Shown here: one piece after another, positions 1-12,246 of the stretch
Layout of the letters: every line of letters begins with the position of its first letter
Position numbering within the stretch: the stretch's first letter is position 1
Origin: Albugo candida
Lineage: Eukaryota
DNA length: 64,000 nt
Reading direction: 5' to 3'
NCBI GenBank assembly: GCA_040437565.1
Contig: JBDOQK010000004.1
Span: 744,001-808,000, forward strand
Translations under genes and position numbers: made by a program
The notes under the pieces: model-generated
Database searches by the model: none
The model's input: the letters and a program-made list of their open reading frames with translations, nothing else
Told to the model about the DNA's origin: nothing

Positions 1-1907
1 ATCGTACATCGTGTACCGAAAGCCTCTGCTCGATAGAGATGCTGCGTCAATTTGCTCAAAACTTGCTCTGATGCGTAATGATTTCGCAATAGAATCGGAT
101 GATTGGCAGCCTTCCTCAGCTGTGTGAATATCGCGGCATCAGACGAAGTTTCTTTCACGTGCGAATAATCCAATTCCGTCAACATTTCCAATTGGCGTTC
201 CACTTTGCTTCTTTTTTTATGCTTCATGGATTTCTTCGCAATATCACGTGTTGCCTGCTCCTTTTTCTGCTTGATGACGGACTCCAAAAGCTGTTGATAT
301 CGTTTGCGTTGAGCTTCACCCAATACCACCATCTCTGTGTGTTCCTTCTTGGCCACTAGCTGATTCAGCACAAGCCGCTTTTCACGCCGAAGTATAAATG
401 GCGCCAAGATTTTTCTGATTTTCCAGCATTTTGATTCTTCGGTCCCATCGAAAAACGACAGCAACTCATCGGAATCACAATCAAACATCCGAGGCATCAA
501 GAAACTCAGTAGCGCCAACAGCTCAGTAAGGTTATTTTGTATCGGCGTGCCCGATAACACTAAACGGATTTTCGATCTCATGGTTGATATCCGCTTAAAG
601 CGAGACGACTTTGAGTTTTTGATACTGTGGCCTTCATCTAAAATCATGTACCCAAATCGAAAGCTTCGAATGAAATTCCGATCATCTTGACATGAATCTC
701 GCTCAAAGTACGTGTACGTTGTTAAGATGATATCAAACTGGTCGGGCGTGAGAGTCTCTTGAAGGTTCAGTCGATGCTCCTTTGCACCGTGATAAATAAT
801 CACACGTAATGTTGGTGCAATCCAAGCAAATTCTCGTTGCCAATTGCTCAGCACACTGGCCGGTACAACAATCAAGTGCGGTCCTTGACTTGCTTCCATG
901 TGCTCTTTGCGATCAAATTGCTTGTTTTCATGTGTAGAGATGGAATGCAAGAGTAGGAGGAACGATATGCTTTGCACTGTTTTGCCCAGACCCATTTCGT
1001 CTGCAAGCACTCCAGACACATTGTTTTCGCACAATAATAAGAGCCAATTCAATCCGACGACTTGGTAAGGCTTCAAAACAAGCTTGTCGCTGATATTAGG
1101 AATGTGATCTTGCGTCACAATCCGGCTTGCAGACTTGCCATTTGGTGTATCGATGGAAGCCAAAGAAACGTGATCTTCATTTGGTGCGTTGTTGTGTTGT
1201 CCATTGGACCACTCCAGAATAGATTTTCGCAACTTTTGTGCAAGCTGCTCACATTTCTTCAGAATCTGACCGACCTCACCGTGATTCTTGCCATGTGCAT
1301 CTTCTTCTTCTTCGTTCCAATGCTCAAACTTTTCCACTATTCGCTCTCTTTTTTGATGTTTTGGACGATCTCGTCCGTGCGTGTGACCACGCTTACCTCC
1401 ATTTCGCTCTAAATCCAAGCTACTAAACCATTCGTTGGCCTTTCCATTGATATCAGACGGTAAGCGATCCTCTGAAACATCAGCTGATCCTTTATTCTTT
1501 TGCATCTCGTACAAGTACGCATCATCTTCGGTTGCACGCGCATCGGTCCCTCGATCCGTCTTCTCATCGTTCTCATCATCCGATTCTGTAATGATTCTAT
1601 TCCTTCGTCTCCCCGTCGGTTTTTGTGGAGCCGTGAATTTTTCCTCTTCCAAATCACTCATTGCGGTCTCACTACTATCATTCGAACTATCATCGTCAAT
1701 AAGCAATGGTCTTTTCCTCTTTGTCGTGTCCTCAATAGCTGTTTTCTTGGTAGTCCGATCTTTTGTTACCTCATTCAATTGTGACTCATTTTGAGCAGAA
1801 TTTGGGCTCGTAGAAGGCTCAATAGAGATCGTATCGATCGATAAATCAATTACTTCGTATTTGGATAAGGTCCCCGCTGCGAAAAATGTATCACTACAGA
1901 AATGCAT
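1..1907 (-). CDS. SNF2-family chromatin-remodelling ATPase, Fun30/SMARCAD1-like; 3' end runs off the window
   Basis: Hand translation of the minus strand from ATG 1907 (in-frame TAA just upstream) gives SGVLADEMGLGKTVQSI (motif I, ~1015-965), YMILDEGHSIKN (motif II, ~650-615) and LSGTPIQNNLTELLALLSFLMP. Absent from the ORF track, presumably because its stop lies outside the window. Confidence 0.9.
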   Translation of the reverse strand, partial: MHFCSDTFFAAGTLSKYEVIDLSIDTISIEPSTSPNSAQNESQLNEVTKDRTTKKTAIEDTTKRKRPLLIDDDSSNDSSETAMSDLEEEKFTAPQKPTGRRRNRIITESDDENDEKTDRGTDARATEDDAYLYEMQKNKGSADVSEDRLPSDINGKANEWFSSLDLERNGGKRGHTHGRDRPKHQKRERIVEKFEHWNEEEEDAHGKNHGEVGQILKKCEQLAQKLRKSILEWSNGQHNNAPNEDHVSLASIDTPNGKSASRIVTQDHIPNISDKLVLKPYQVVGLNWLLLLCENNVSGVLADEMGLGKTVQSISFLLLLHSISTHENKQFDRKEHMEASQGPHLIVVPASVLSNWQREFAWIAPTLRVIIYHGAKEHRLNLQETLTPDQFDIILTTYTYFERDSCQDDRNFIRSFRFGYMILDEGHSIKNSKSSRFKRISTMRSKIRLVLSGTPIQNNLTELLALLSFLMPRMFDCDSDELLSFFDGTEESKCWKIRKILAPFILRREKRLVLNQLVAKKEHTEMVVLGEAQRKRYQQLLESVIKQKKEQATRDIAKKSMKHKKRSKVERQLEMLTELDYSHVKETSSDAAIFTQLRKAANHPILLRNHYASEQVLSKLTQHLYRAEAFGTRCT

Positions 1908-2240
1908 CTCAGGTTACATATTAGCGTTTAATAGTGTACAATTACGAACTGAATTTCGAGCAATAAGACTTTTCCTTGACGTAATATATTCTGTTTTGAT
2001 TTACAGGATGCTATAATAGCGTTTTTCTCACAGCATCGTAAAGAGACCTTCAAGTCGCTGGTAACATGAACGCTTCCTTTACCGCCACATACTTGCAATT
2101 CATTCCCGTTTTGATCCAATGCAAGCTTCCGGCCAGTTACGTGCTCTCGCAATCCAAGACCCATCCGTTTCGAACAAATTCGATCAACAGGTCATCATCC
2201 AATACCGGTAAGAAACCGAGAGATAACGGTTTGTTTAGGC

Positions 2241-3858
2241 TCAGAGATCGAAATGATGTATTGCTGGAATGAATTTCCATGTGATTAGCGCGCCTAGAAA
2301 CGATACAAAGCTACATATAAACAGCAAAGAATCCACCCCATAATCAGCGACAAGTGAACCAAACATGGAAGCACCCAAAGAAGCCCCGAATTTGCCACTT
2401 GCTGCTGCAATTCCATTTAGTTTGACGCGCACAGAGCTCGCGAAAATCTCTGCTGGAAGGCAAAATGTGCTGACATTTGGACCGAAATTCGAAAAGTAGA
2501 ATGTTGTCGCGTATAAAAATAATAATACAGGTTTCACGCTCAATAATTCATCGTAAAAGGCGCCAATGCATAGAAACAAAATGCTCATCACCAAGAACCC
2601 AAAAATCTGAATCGATCGGAAAGAGATCTTGCCCACGACAAGAACAGTAGTGAGATACCCGGGAAGCGATATCATACTCACAATCATCGAATACCACGCC
2701 AAGTTGTCCAAATGAGAAGAATCAAAGTTGTACGTATCTTCCAAAATGATTGGTGTGAAGATAACATTTCCATAGAATGTAAAGTCGAAGAGTAACCATC
2801 CAAAGGAAGCCCCAAAAAGCCTATTACGTACTTGTGGATCTCGTAAAACCATTCGTAGTGCACTTTCGTTAGCGTCGGGCGTATTGAACGATGAAGGTTG
2901 GTCTTTTGAACTGTCTTGGGCCTTGAAGGCATCGTACAAGACGATCAGACCTGGAAGTGCACCACCACCGAGAAGTAATCGCCAGCCCCAAAATGGATTC
3001 GTCTTTGTACGTAATAAAGCAAACGTTGCCATTGGAGCAAGCAATTGGCCGATTCCTTGGAAACTAAACACTGCGGCTACGATTCTTCGATGATTTGGAT
3101 CATTCTGACTAGCCTCAAACGCGCTTGTTGCCGATAAAGGGTACACTCCACCTACCCCAATGCCCAGAATCAGTCTACATCCAGCGAGAGAATAGTATAA
3201 TGCATCCCCATGAGCAGGAATCAAAGCACTGGCAACGGAACCAACAACTGTGAGCAGCAATGTGACTATCATGGCCTGAAGACGATATTCAGCGACTTGA
3301 AAACATTCAATATGATGAGAGCACATACTTTTTTTCTTCCCAGCGATGCGCCAATATACCCAAAGCACAGCTGACCCAAAATCGCACCGACTAAAGAGCA
3401 GGAAGCCACTGCAAATGTCAAATCTGCACTGGATGGCGGAGAAACCTGTTCGATCATTATTTGTGCATAATTTATCACTGATAAATTGTACTACACCGAT
3501 ATAAATAAGCACATTCAGACAACCTTTAAATTGGACTGCGTACCGCTGTGCTCAAATTCGCGATCGCTGAAACCACAATTCGTTTTTCGAAAATAGAAAA
3601 CGACGATTCTGAAGCTCTCGATGTCGAGTCGCGTGAACATTGATGGCGATTTGGAACGAAACGATCAATTATACGTGTCTTCCAGCAAGTTTTTTCTTTG
3701 GGAATCAGATTTTTGAATTCATTTAAACGAATTGAATCGAATCGAAGCGGTGAGATGGAACTAACGAGGTAGAGCTTTTCGATTCTCAATCCTTTATCAG
3801 GCGAACTATCGTCGTTTGTGGTTAAAGCACAACTTGAAGAACCATCTTGAAGATGCAT
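2241..3858 (-). CDS. MFS inorganic phosphate:H+ symporter (Pho84/PHT1-like), 3 exons
   Basis: GIGVGGVYPLSA, VFSFQGIG, WLLFDFTFYG, NFGPNVSTF, AEIF and NGIAAASGKFG motifs. Two 53-nt GT-AG introns (3543-3491, 3328-3276) join the three ORF pieces in frame. Confidence 0.9.
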
Positions 3859-4009
3859 GGAAGCTGGTCGAGGGCGCGTGATTGTCGATACAAAGAGATT
3901 TGATCAGTTTTCTGTCATTAGTGACTTTATATTGTCGCAGTATATAGCAAACGGTATAAGACAATATTTTATAAACACATACACTTCATCATATCATTAT
4001 TATACAAAA

Positions 4010-5647
4010 ATGATGTCCTTACGCGAAGTCGATATTCTACATGAGGAAAATGGACTCCGAGAAGCGTTTCTCGACGAGACAAATGCGCATCAACGACAAG
4101 GATACTACTGCTCGTCCGCTGATCAACCGCTCTACGACAATCAGGACGCATCGTCGACCTCTGAAGATGAATCGTATGAACTATTATCAGCTCGGGAGGC
4201 CCCAGTTTTAAAAAATTACCCTTATAAGCGCAAATCGCATCCATTTCGCGGATTTTCAGACTCAATGCAGCCAGGATCAGGTTCATATTGCATCCATAAC
4301 CGCTAGAATCTATCACGTTGTATCGTATCGTAGTCAAAAGCTCTGTACTCACAATGACAATTGCTGTGGTCGGAGGAGGGATTCTCTCGCTTCCTTACGC
4401 TGTCAAACAAGTGAGTTGGACCATCTTGATCGATCCGAATGCTAATGTATGTCAATAGTCGGGCTTCATAATGGGTGTCGGATTGATCCTTTTATTCGCC
4501 TTCATTACTCGATTCTCGGTTGGCATGATCTTGCGAGCAGCCGATACAGTTGGAGCCTCATCATTTGCAGAGCTTGCCAAGTTGACACATGGGCCAAGAC
4601 TCGAGTTATTCACTAAAATGGTCATCTCGTTGAATCTGTTTGGAACGAGTGTTGGATACGTACTTGGGGCTGCAGAACTATTACAAGTGGCGCTGAATGT
4701 AATCTTATGAGCTTTCTTCTCTCTTTGCAAATCCTCACATTGTCTGTAGAGCTTGGATCCGGATGTTGGTTTCAATCGACAAGAAATTATCGTTTTCTTG
4801 TGCGTTGTGGTGATTTTTCCCTTCAGTCTTTGTCGCTCGCTCGGATCTCTTCGATTTGCATCTCTTATTGCCGTCCTCTGCATCGTGTATATGACCATCA
4901 CGATCGTGGTCAAATACTATCAGTTTGTGTCGTTGGGTTATGCGCCGAGCATAAAGTATCAACTCCATCACTTGGTGCTCTTTGAAACAAATATTGAGAG
5001 ACTGCTTGAAGCTGTACCACTCATCATATTTGTCTACACTTGCCATCCAAATATCATGCCCATTTGCTCAGTCCTCAAACGACCATCGACACGCCGAATG
5101 CATAAAGTGGTGGATCGAAGCCTCATTATCGCGACAGCCGTTTACGCAATTTGTGGAGTTTTTGTCATTTTCACATTTGGCGAGGCTACCAAATCCAACT
5201 TTCTGCAAAATAATTATCATCACAGTACTGCAATGATCATCGGTGCCATTGGATTCAGCGTCGCGCTTGTCCTCACTGTTCCGCTTTTCATCCATTCAAT
5301 GAAGGATATAGTGAAGGTAAGAAATTCTCCGGATGCGACACTGAAAGCTCAGTCGATTTCAGTCTGTAGATTCGAGAAAAGCATCTCTGCTCGGCCGCCA
5401 ACGGATAGTGAGCAGCATACTTGTGGTCTCAGTAGCGTTTGCTTCCATTTGTGCCACTAACATTGCAACCGTACTGGGCATCCTCGGAACGACTACGAAT
5501 CCAATCATTTGCTTCCTTCTTCCTGCTATCATTGCACGTTCCATCCAAACCGATGCGATAGAAGTGGAAAAACGAATTGCCGGTTGTATAGCGATACTTA
5601 TGAGCGCCATTTGCATTGCTTCATTTATTTTCAACGTCAGAAAGTAA
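4010..5647 (+). CDS. Amino-acid transporter (AAAP/Aa_trans, SLC38/AVT-like), multi-exon
   Basis: Spliced reading gives SSVLTMTIAVVGGGILSLPYAVKQ, FVYTCHPNIMPI, FTFGEATKSNFLQN and VLGILGTTTNPIICFLLP, with many hydrophobic helices and GT-AG introns between ORF fragments. Start taken at ATG 4010. Confidence 0.88.
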
Positions 5648-5701
5648 ATTCTCGTCTCTGATAATGTGAGGAAAAAGTTGTTCATTTATTGGCGCCATTG
5701 T

Positions 5702-7215
5702 CTAAATACGAAAGCCGGAAGCAGGTAGCAAATCGATACAGTCTTCCACCAACGCCTTCTGCAGAGGATACACGTTCTCCATCCCGCGCTGTTTGGCTTC
5801 TTCAATAGATTTTGTAGCAATCTCACGGAATCGAGCGTCATTGATCTTGATTTTCTGCAACGATAATTTCTCATTCAAAAGCGAAACTTGTTCATCTTCC
5901 GATAAAAGTTTCCGTCGTGCATCCGCTTGTTTCTTTTGCTCAATTGCGATACGCAGATGATTCCTTCTTCCCTCTTCTTTCTCCTCACGTAATTGTTTCT
6001 CCAATTCTTGTCCATACATCTCCCAATCTCGCATCAGCTCTTTCGCTTCTTGCCGCTCCTGCATTCTCTCCTTTGCTTTGAAGTCGAGTTGTTGCTGTCG
6101 ACTACGATGAATAGCTTCCAGATCAGCTGCTCGACGATCCGCACGGTCTTGCAATCCTTTCTCTTCCTTTTCACGAACTTCATTAAACTGATTTTGGATG
6201 CGCTCATCATTCTTTTGCTCCAATTTCACCAAATTCTGTGTCGCTAAATCGATCATACGCTGTTTTCGCGCTTGTTTTTGTTCAAACTTCATCCGCTGCA
6301 TTTTTTGCCCTCTTGCGATTTGTTGCTGCTTTTTCAAAGCGTCCTCTGCACGCTTCAACTCTGCAACTTGCTCTTTCTCCTTTTCTGCTTGACGTAATGC
6401 CAGTAATTTTGCATTTGCGGACTGTGTCTCCTCGCTGGCTTTCTTCATGCGGCATTTGCGTTCATTTTCGACCTCCTGTTCTCGCTGTAGCTCTTCATTT
6501 ACCTTTGCTACAATCCTTTCGCCTTCACGCTTTTCCTGCAGCAAAACTTTTCACCCCGCCTATATTTCGTACTTAATTGAATGACAAACCTGGATTAGTG
6601 TGTCGATGTAACGCTGCTTGTATTCCTCTAATTGCTCCTTTTGCATCTTTGCCAATCTGATACGCTCGTTCATGTTGATTTTTTTCTTCTCCAGATCTTT
6701 TTTCTCGCTCTCAAGTACATCCTTTAATAACTTAGATGCATAAGCATTCTCTATGGCTTCATTCTGATTCTCCAATTGCCTTTTTTCATGCTCTTGTAAA
6801 TGTCGATGCTATTATTAACACATAAAATAGGGATTCACTGTCCGAATAAGAGGTTTCGTACATAAATGACATCGGTGAGCAGTTGTTTGCTTCGCAAAGT
6901 TTTCATCCGATCCGTTTGCTCGTAAATCAATTCATTTGCGCGCTCAATTTGCTGTGTTCGCGCTCGAGTCTGGATCTGCCTCTCTTCCTCATCCATTCTC
7001 AATCGCACCTTCTCTTCACGATCTTCTTTATCCTTTTTCCATCGATCTTTTTTCTGTCTCATAGCATCCAAAGTGTTTGGCCATTGCGAATAGCGATCGG
7101 ATGATTTCTGCTTCAATTCAAGTCGTTTGGTCTCTTTGTCAGAAGGTACCGATGGGGATATAGTGCCCGCAATTCGTTGATAGTTGCTATACGATACCTT
7201 TGTCACGTTCGCCAT
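5702..7215 (-). CDS. CFAP210: Coiled-coil ciliary microtubule inner protein, CFAP210/CCDC173-like (TPH family), multi-exon
   Basis: Three E/K/R/Q-rich ORF pieces separated by short introns. The N-terminal SQWPNTLDAMRQKK...ANELIYEQTDRMKTLRSKQLLTDVI pattern resembles CCDC173 as I recall it. Confidence 0.65.
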
Positions 7216-7667
7216 TCTTGGAGTTCTATCGCAACAAAAGCTTATAATCAAGACGTTTCATGCTTCACTCGCTTAATTATATTTATAGATTATACCTGGA
7301 ATACATCCAGATTATAGAAACGATCTCCCCTTGCCCTCTCTTCTCAATTAAAGACACCCTCTGAGACTTTGTATGAATACTGCAAAGGTGCAAGTTGCGT
7401 GAATGTCGCGTCAAGAATTTCTTGTTGATCTTATTCATCATTTCATCCACGACCAACGAGACAAGAGCATACTTGAGGTCATAAAGCAGTGATCCCGGGG
7501 AGTTCCCACACTGCTGGTTCATAGCGCATTCAAAGGAAAAGTACTCTTTTTTGATTGTGTGATTTGTGGCTGTCCCAAGTTGTCGAATCGTCTTGCTCGT
7601 TTCATTCGCTTTATCGGATAAAGTAAAAGCTAGATTCAAATTAACAGAATTTTCATCTGAAAGAAGT

Positions 7668-10552
7668 ATGGATTCGGAATCACAAGAATACAAACATGAG
7701 AGTGATACAGATCGTCCTATGGAACACTCGCCTCGTGGACGTTATATACGTGTACGCATTCGATTCTTTGGCGCGATTGTTTCCATAATTTAATATCCTG
7801 TTTGTGTCTATATCGATAGTTTGAAACAAAACTAGGCTCTGGGGCCTACAAAACAGTCTACAAAGCGTATGATACGGATCAAGGCATCGATGTGGCGTGG
7901 AATGCCATTGGTATTGGCCTTTTACCTAATACAGAGAAAACCAGAATCATACAGGAGGTCCAACTACTTCAAAAACTCGAGCATAANNNNNNNNNNNNNN
8001 NNNNNNNNNNNNNNNNNNNNNNNNNNNNNNNNNNNNNNNNNNNNNNNNNNNNNNNNNNNNNNNNNNNNNNNNNNNNNNNNNNNNNNGCCTACAAAACAGT
8101 CTACAAAGCGTATGATACGGATCAAGGCATCGATGTGGCGTGGAATGCCATTGGTATTGGCCTTTTACCTAATACAGAGAAAACCAGAATCATACAGGAG
8201 GTCCAACTACTTCAAAAACTCGAGCATAAGAATATCATCAATTTTTACGGGTCATGGTTTTGCAAAGAGAAAAACCAAGTCGTCTTTATAACTGAAATAA
8301 TGACTTCAGGGACGTTGAAATCCTATATCAAACGCGTTCAGTTTGTAAAGTGGAAAATTATCAAACGATGGTGTTTACAAATTCTCGAAGGCTTACATTA
8401 TTTGCACTGCCAGAATCCAGCCGTCATTCATCGAGATTTAAAGTGTGATAACATTTTTATTAATGGAAATACCGGTGATCTCAGGATTGGAGATTTGGGA
8501 CTCTCTACCCAGCTAGCTGTACACAAGCAGTCACGAGCACAAAGCGTACTAGGAACACCGGAATTCATGGCTCCAGAATTGTATGACGAAAGTTATGACG
8601 AGAAAGTAGATATTTATGCATTCGGAATGTGTGTTTTGGAAATGGTGACCAAAGAAGTTCCATACATTGAGTGCTTGAATCCAGCACAGATTTATAAGAA
8701 AGTGACAGCTGGAATCCGACCAAGAGGACTGAAGCGAGTCGTAAGTCAGGCAGCCAGAGAATTTATAGAGCTGTGTCTGTCTCGTGGAAATGGAGAAGTA
8801 GAAGTAACAGCAGAATATCTCATGTCACATACTTTTCTCAAGGCTCAAGACGATGACAATGACTATGTCAAACTCTTGGACGAAGATGAGCTTGCAAGAT
8901 TAGAGAATTCACAACACAGCGAGATTGTAGATGCTCAGAAGCTCGCATCTCGAGCCGGTATGGAACAGCATCTGATCGGCTCTTCTTGTCCGGCTTTAGC
9001 TTCGGATCAAATCCCTGTCACTGCTAAAGCCTTTCACGAATTGGGTCAGAGCGAGGCTGTCTCAGCATCCATTTTGAATGGTACATTGGAGACAGTACCC
9101 GAGACACAAGCTAGCGATCCAAAAGCAGGAGCACTTCCCGTTGATGAACCTTTCTCGGGAAACAAGTCAGATCAACAGAACGTAAAGCAATTTCTTGAAT
9201 CGTTACCCGGTAACGAACACAATGTTCAAAACACAAGGATCAACGTGATGATGGGTAGAGGTGATCGTCTGACGCTCGAAGATGAGCAATGTCAAGGTGA
9301 GGAAGATCCATCCCAGGGTGGCGATGCACGTTATCAATCGGAACGATCGACTAGATCTAGTGAGGATACAACGCTGACGTGTCCCGCCTCCGATACTCCA
9401 TCACTTGCCTCATCTCGAAGCGCTCATTTTGATAGTGGTCCGAGCATACAGACGAAACGGGGTCGTGGACACGATATCAAAGCGTCCAAAGATCCAGACA
9501 ATCCGCACAGTATTCTCCTGAATCTGCGTATCACGATTGATGGCAAGTCGAAAGAAATACAATTTCCATTCAATTTGTACACCGACAGCAGTCACGAAGT
9601 TGCTTGTGAACTTGCTTTGGATGTCGGAATTCTGGAACCAGAGCTGGAAGATATCTCAGACTCGATCAACTTTCTTGTGACCGAAGGAAAAAGCAGCAAT
9701 TTACCGCACGTGGACCAAGATGTGTGGGAAGAAGCTCCTGAACCTTATTCGTTTTCGTCAAAGCCGCTACCTCACGTGTCGAAAATGACATTTCACACGA
9801 ATCCGATGCAAGGAACGACGATGCTGAATGCACGGACACAAAGCCCGTCGTACGGATTACAAGACAGCTACGAAAGTCAGCGTACAAATGGATCGCATCA
9901 TCAGCGGAATCACTCGCTGCGAGGTGATGCAGTCTTGAACGAACCTCCTCCACGCGCTGGATCTGCTGTTCCATCTGATTTTCGTGAAGGACGGACTTCA
10001 CCGCGACGGAGGAGACCGCTTATCACAATGAGTTCGAGCGAATCTCAACGAACTTCGGACGAGTGGGGAGGACGTACATCGGATGAAAGGGAGCACGAGA
10101 TGGCGCTGAATGGCGACACGCTTTCACACTCATCAAGAGCGTACGCGTTTGACGATCACGATTCGAGTTTGGAGGCGGAAATACGTAGTGAAGAAGAGAA
10201 ACATCAACGAGAAATACAACGATTCCGTAAGAAGATCCAGGAGCTGGAGCAGAAGCAAAGAGCAAAAGCCAGACAAGAGCGATTGCTCAGTGGGGAAGAG
10301 TACGCAAGCGAATTGGATTATCCTCCAAGCGATCTCAATGTTTATGTGCGGGGTCGATCCCAGCCAATGCAACAATCACAGGCTCCCGCACTTTTCCATC
10401 ATCATCACTCTTTTCGGATGATGGGCAAATCTCCTCCGAAAGAACGGATGAATGGCGGATTTGGGCATCCCGGAGCACCCGCTGGCACGGATGAAGGCAA
10501 ACGACGACTTTCCACCGTATCGGCGATATCCTCCGAGGCTCTGCACAAGTGA
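7668..10552 (+). CDS. WNK: WNK-family Ser/Thr kinase
   Basis: Exon 1 MDSESQ...SPRGRYIR splices to FETKLGSGAYKTVYKA. VAWN has no subdomain-II Lys, the Lys being in the Gly-rich loop. IHRDLKCDNIF, IGDLGL and GTPEFMAPE present; later KEIQFPFNLYTDSSHEVACEL (CCT-like). Contains an artefactual 143-bp duplication and a gap. Confidence 0.95.
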
Positions 10553-10854
10553 ATGGAAGCTTTGTTTGATCGAGCGAATTGTAAAGTGAGCAACCTCTAA
10601 ATCGCGTCAAAGTTTGGAGGAAAGCATAGATTTGAGAGGCAAAAGGACCAAATGTTTGGGTAAAGAGTTCCAAAATCAGCGAATTTCGGGCGCTGATGGT
10701 ATTTGATAATTTGAAGAATATAAGCTCCAGAGGCTCATGGCATATTGCGTCATGAATGCGTGTTGGATTCACTCATTTTTCACGGTCTGTACCCTTCGAC
10801 TGCCTTTACATCTTGGCGCTATTTCGATCTTTATAAAACGTCTCATTGCGGAGA

Positions 10855-11429
10855 ATGGTCGCGCCCTCCAGCCTCGAAGATATGACGGGAATCCGCCTTC
10901 ATCCAAGGCTCAAGTGAGCTGATTTCGATCTCAACGCATGTCATCTGTTGTAAAGATTGCGTTGTAGGCCGACGACAACGAAAATGAAGCACATTCTCTC
11001 TCAGATTTTGCAAGAAAAGCTGGAGAAGAATGTGTATCAAGCAGATAAATCGGCTGCGCTGACGAAAGAATTGACCGATGCGATAAAGACGCAATTAAAA
11101 GGTATGTCTTAACTGGTCCGAGTACGCGCTAATGGCGTTGGATTCCATAGCTGGCAACTATCCGCGCTTCAAATACATTGTGCAGGTGGTTTTGGGTGAA
11201 CAACGAGGCGAAGGCGTTCGGTACGTATCTCTCGTTCCGCTTTTGCTGATCCTGAAAATGTCTTTCAGAATGGGATGTCGATGCTTATGGGATGCTGGAA
11301 TCGACTGTTATGCTTCTGAGACGTTTGTTAATGTACGAGTGGCTGAGCGTGCTTCAGGATCACCACTAAGGCTTTTTTTAGGACAGCTTATTTTGCGTCG
11401 CAGTGGCGTATGCGGTGTACCTGTATTAA
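10855..11429 (+). CDS. Tctex-1 family dynein light chain (TCTEX1D2/DYNLT2B-like), 5 exons
   Basis: Spliced product ...KPTTTKMKHILSQILQEKLEKNVYQADK...YPRFKYIVQVVLGEQRGEGVRMGCRCLWDAGIDCYASETFVNDSLFCVAVAYAVYLY*, with four GT-AG introns. Confidence 0.9.
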
Positions 11430-11918
11430 GGAAAGAATGATTGCGTTCGCGTATAATTACGACGACATTACGATATTGTAGTGTACGTACTATTTGACCG
11501 ACAAAAGCAGACGAGGGGTAGTCAGATCAGATCATTTAGAAAATTAAAAATACAGAAAAGGTTTTGTGTTTATCGAAAGATTGAGAAAACAATCACTACT
11601 TCTTGTGTATCAAAAAAATTCTATCTTTCTGGAAGCAGCTGAAGAAAGGAGCTTTTATGCGTCAGGAGTCGAGACAAGACTGTTTTCTTTTTGCTAGTCT
11701 GATTGTTCATTAGTATTGATGTATCGAATGCCACACGTTTGCTCAAAGCAGTTTTCTTCTGCAAATAGTAACATATCGCTGGCAAGACAAGAACGTGATG
11801 GACAGAATCTTTGGCACATCTCTCGCGGTCGTGCATTTAGAAAATTGAAGAATCATATATTCAACTAGATTTATTTCAATTGTGAATTTTATCGGTCCTG
11901 CACAAGTTTCTCAGTGTA

Positions 11919-12146
11919 ATGTGCATGTCCCGGACTCAGTTCTGCCTGGTTATGCAAGCAATATGCTATAGTGTACAGTCATCACCGAGATGCAAAATCC
12001 CTGTAAATGGTATCATTTGTTTGGATGATGTGACAGAAGGAGACGTCGTATCATTGATAGAGATGGGAGAGTTTCAAAGATTCATGAAGTGCGTCACCTG
12101 GAACGAAGGTAATAAGGAATTGAAAGCCGTTGTCGACAACTTTGAT
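11919..12146 (+). CDS. Small putative secreted protein, version A (partial; truncated by the gap)
   Basis: Hydrophobic N-terminus MCMSRTQFCLVMQAICYSVQS; clear homologue of the ORF at 13128. No family recognised. Confidence 0.6.
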
Positions 12147-12246
12147 NNNNNNNNNNNNNNNNNNNNNNNNNNNNNNNNNNNNNNNNNNNNNNNNNNNNNN
12201 NNNNNNNNNNNNNNNNNNNNNNNNNNNNNNNNNNNNNNNNNNNNNN

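Noticed and set aside
3856-4009. Overlapping divergent ATGs in CATG and a 51-codon in-frame extension of the amino-acid transporter
   Set aside because: The extension is AT-rich and UTR-like and would leave no promoter; ATG 4010 is more plausible.
7844-8229. Apparent duplicated N-lobe segment in the WNK kinase
   Set aside because: 7844-7986 matches 8087-8229 and both abut a 100-N gap: an unmerged contig overlap.
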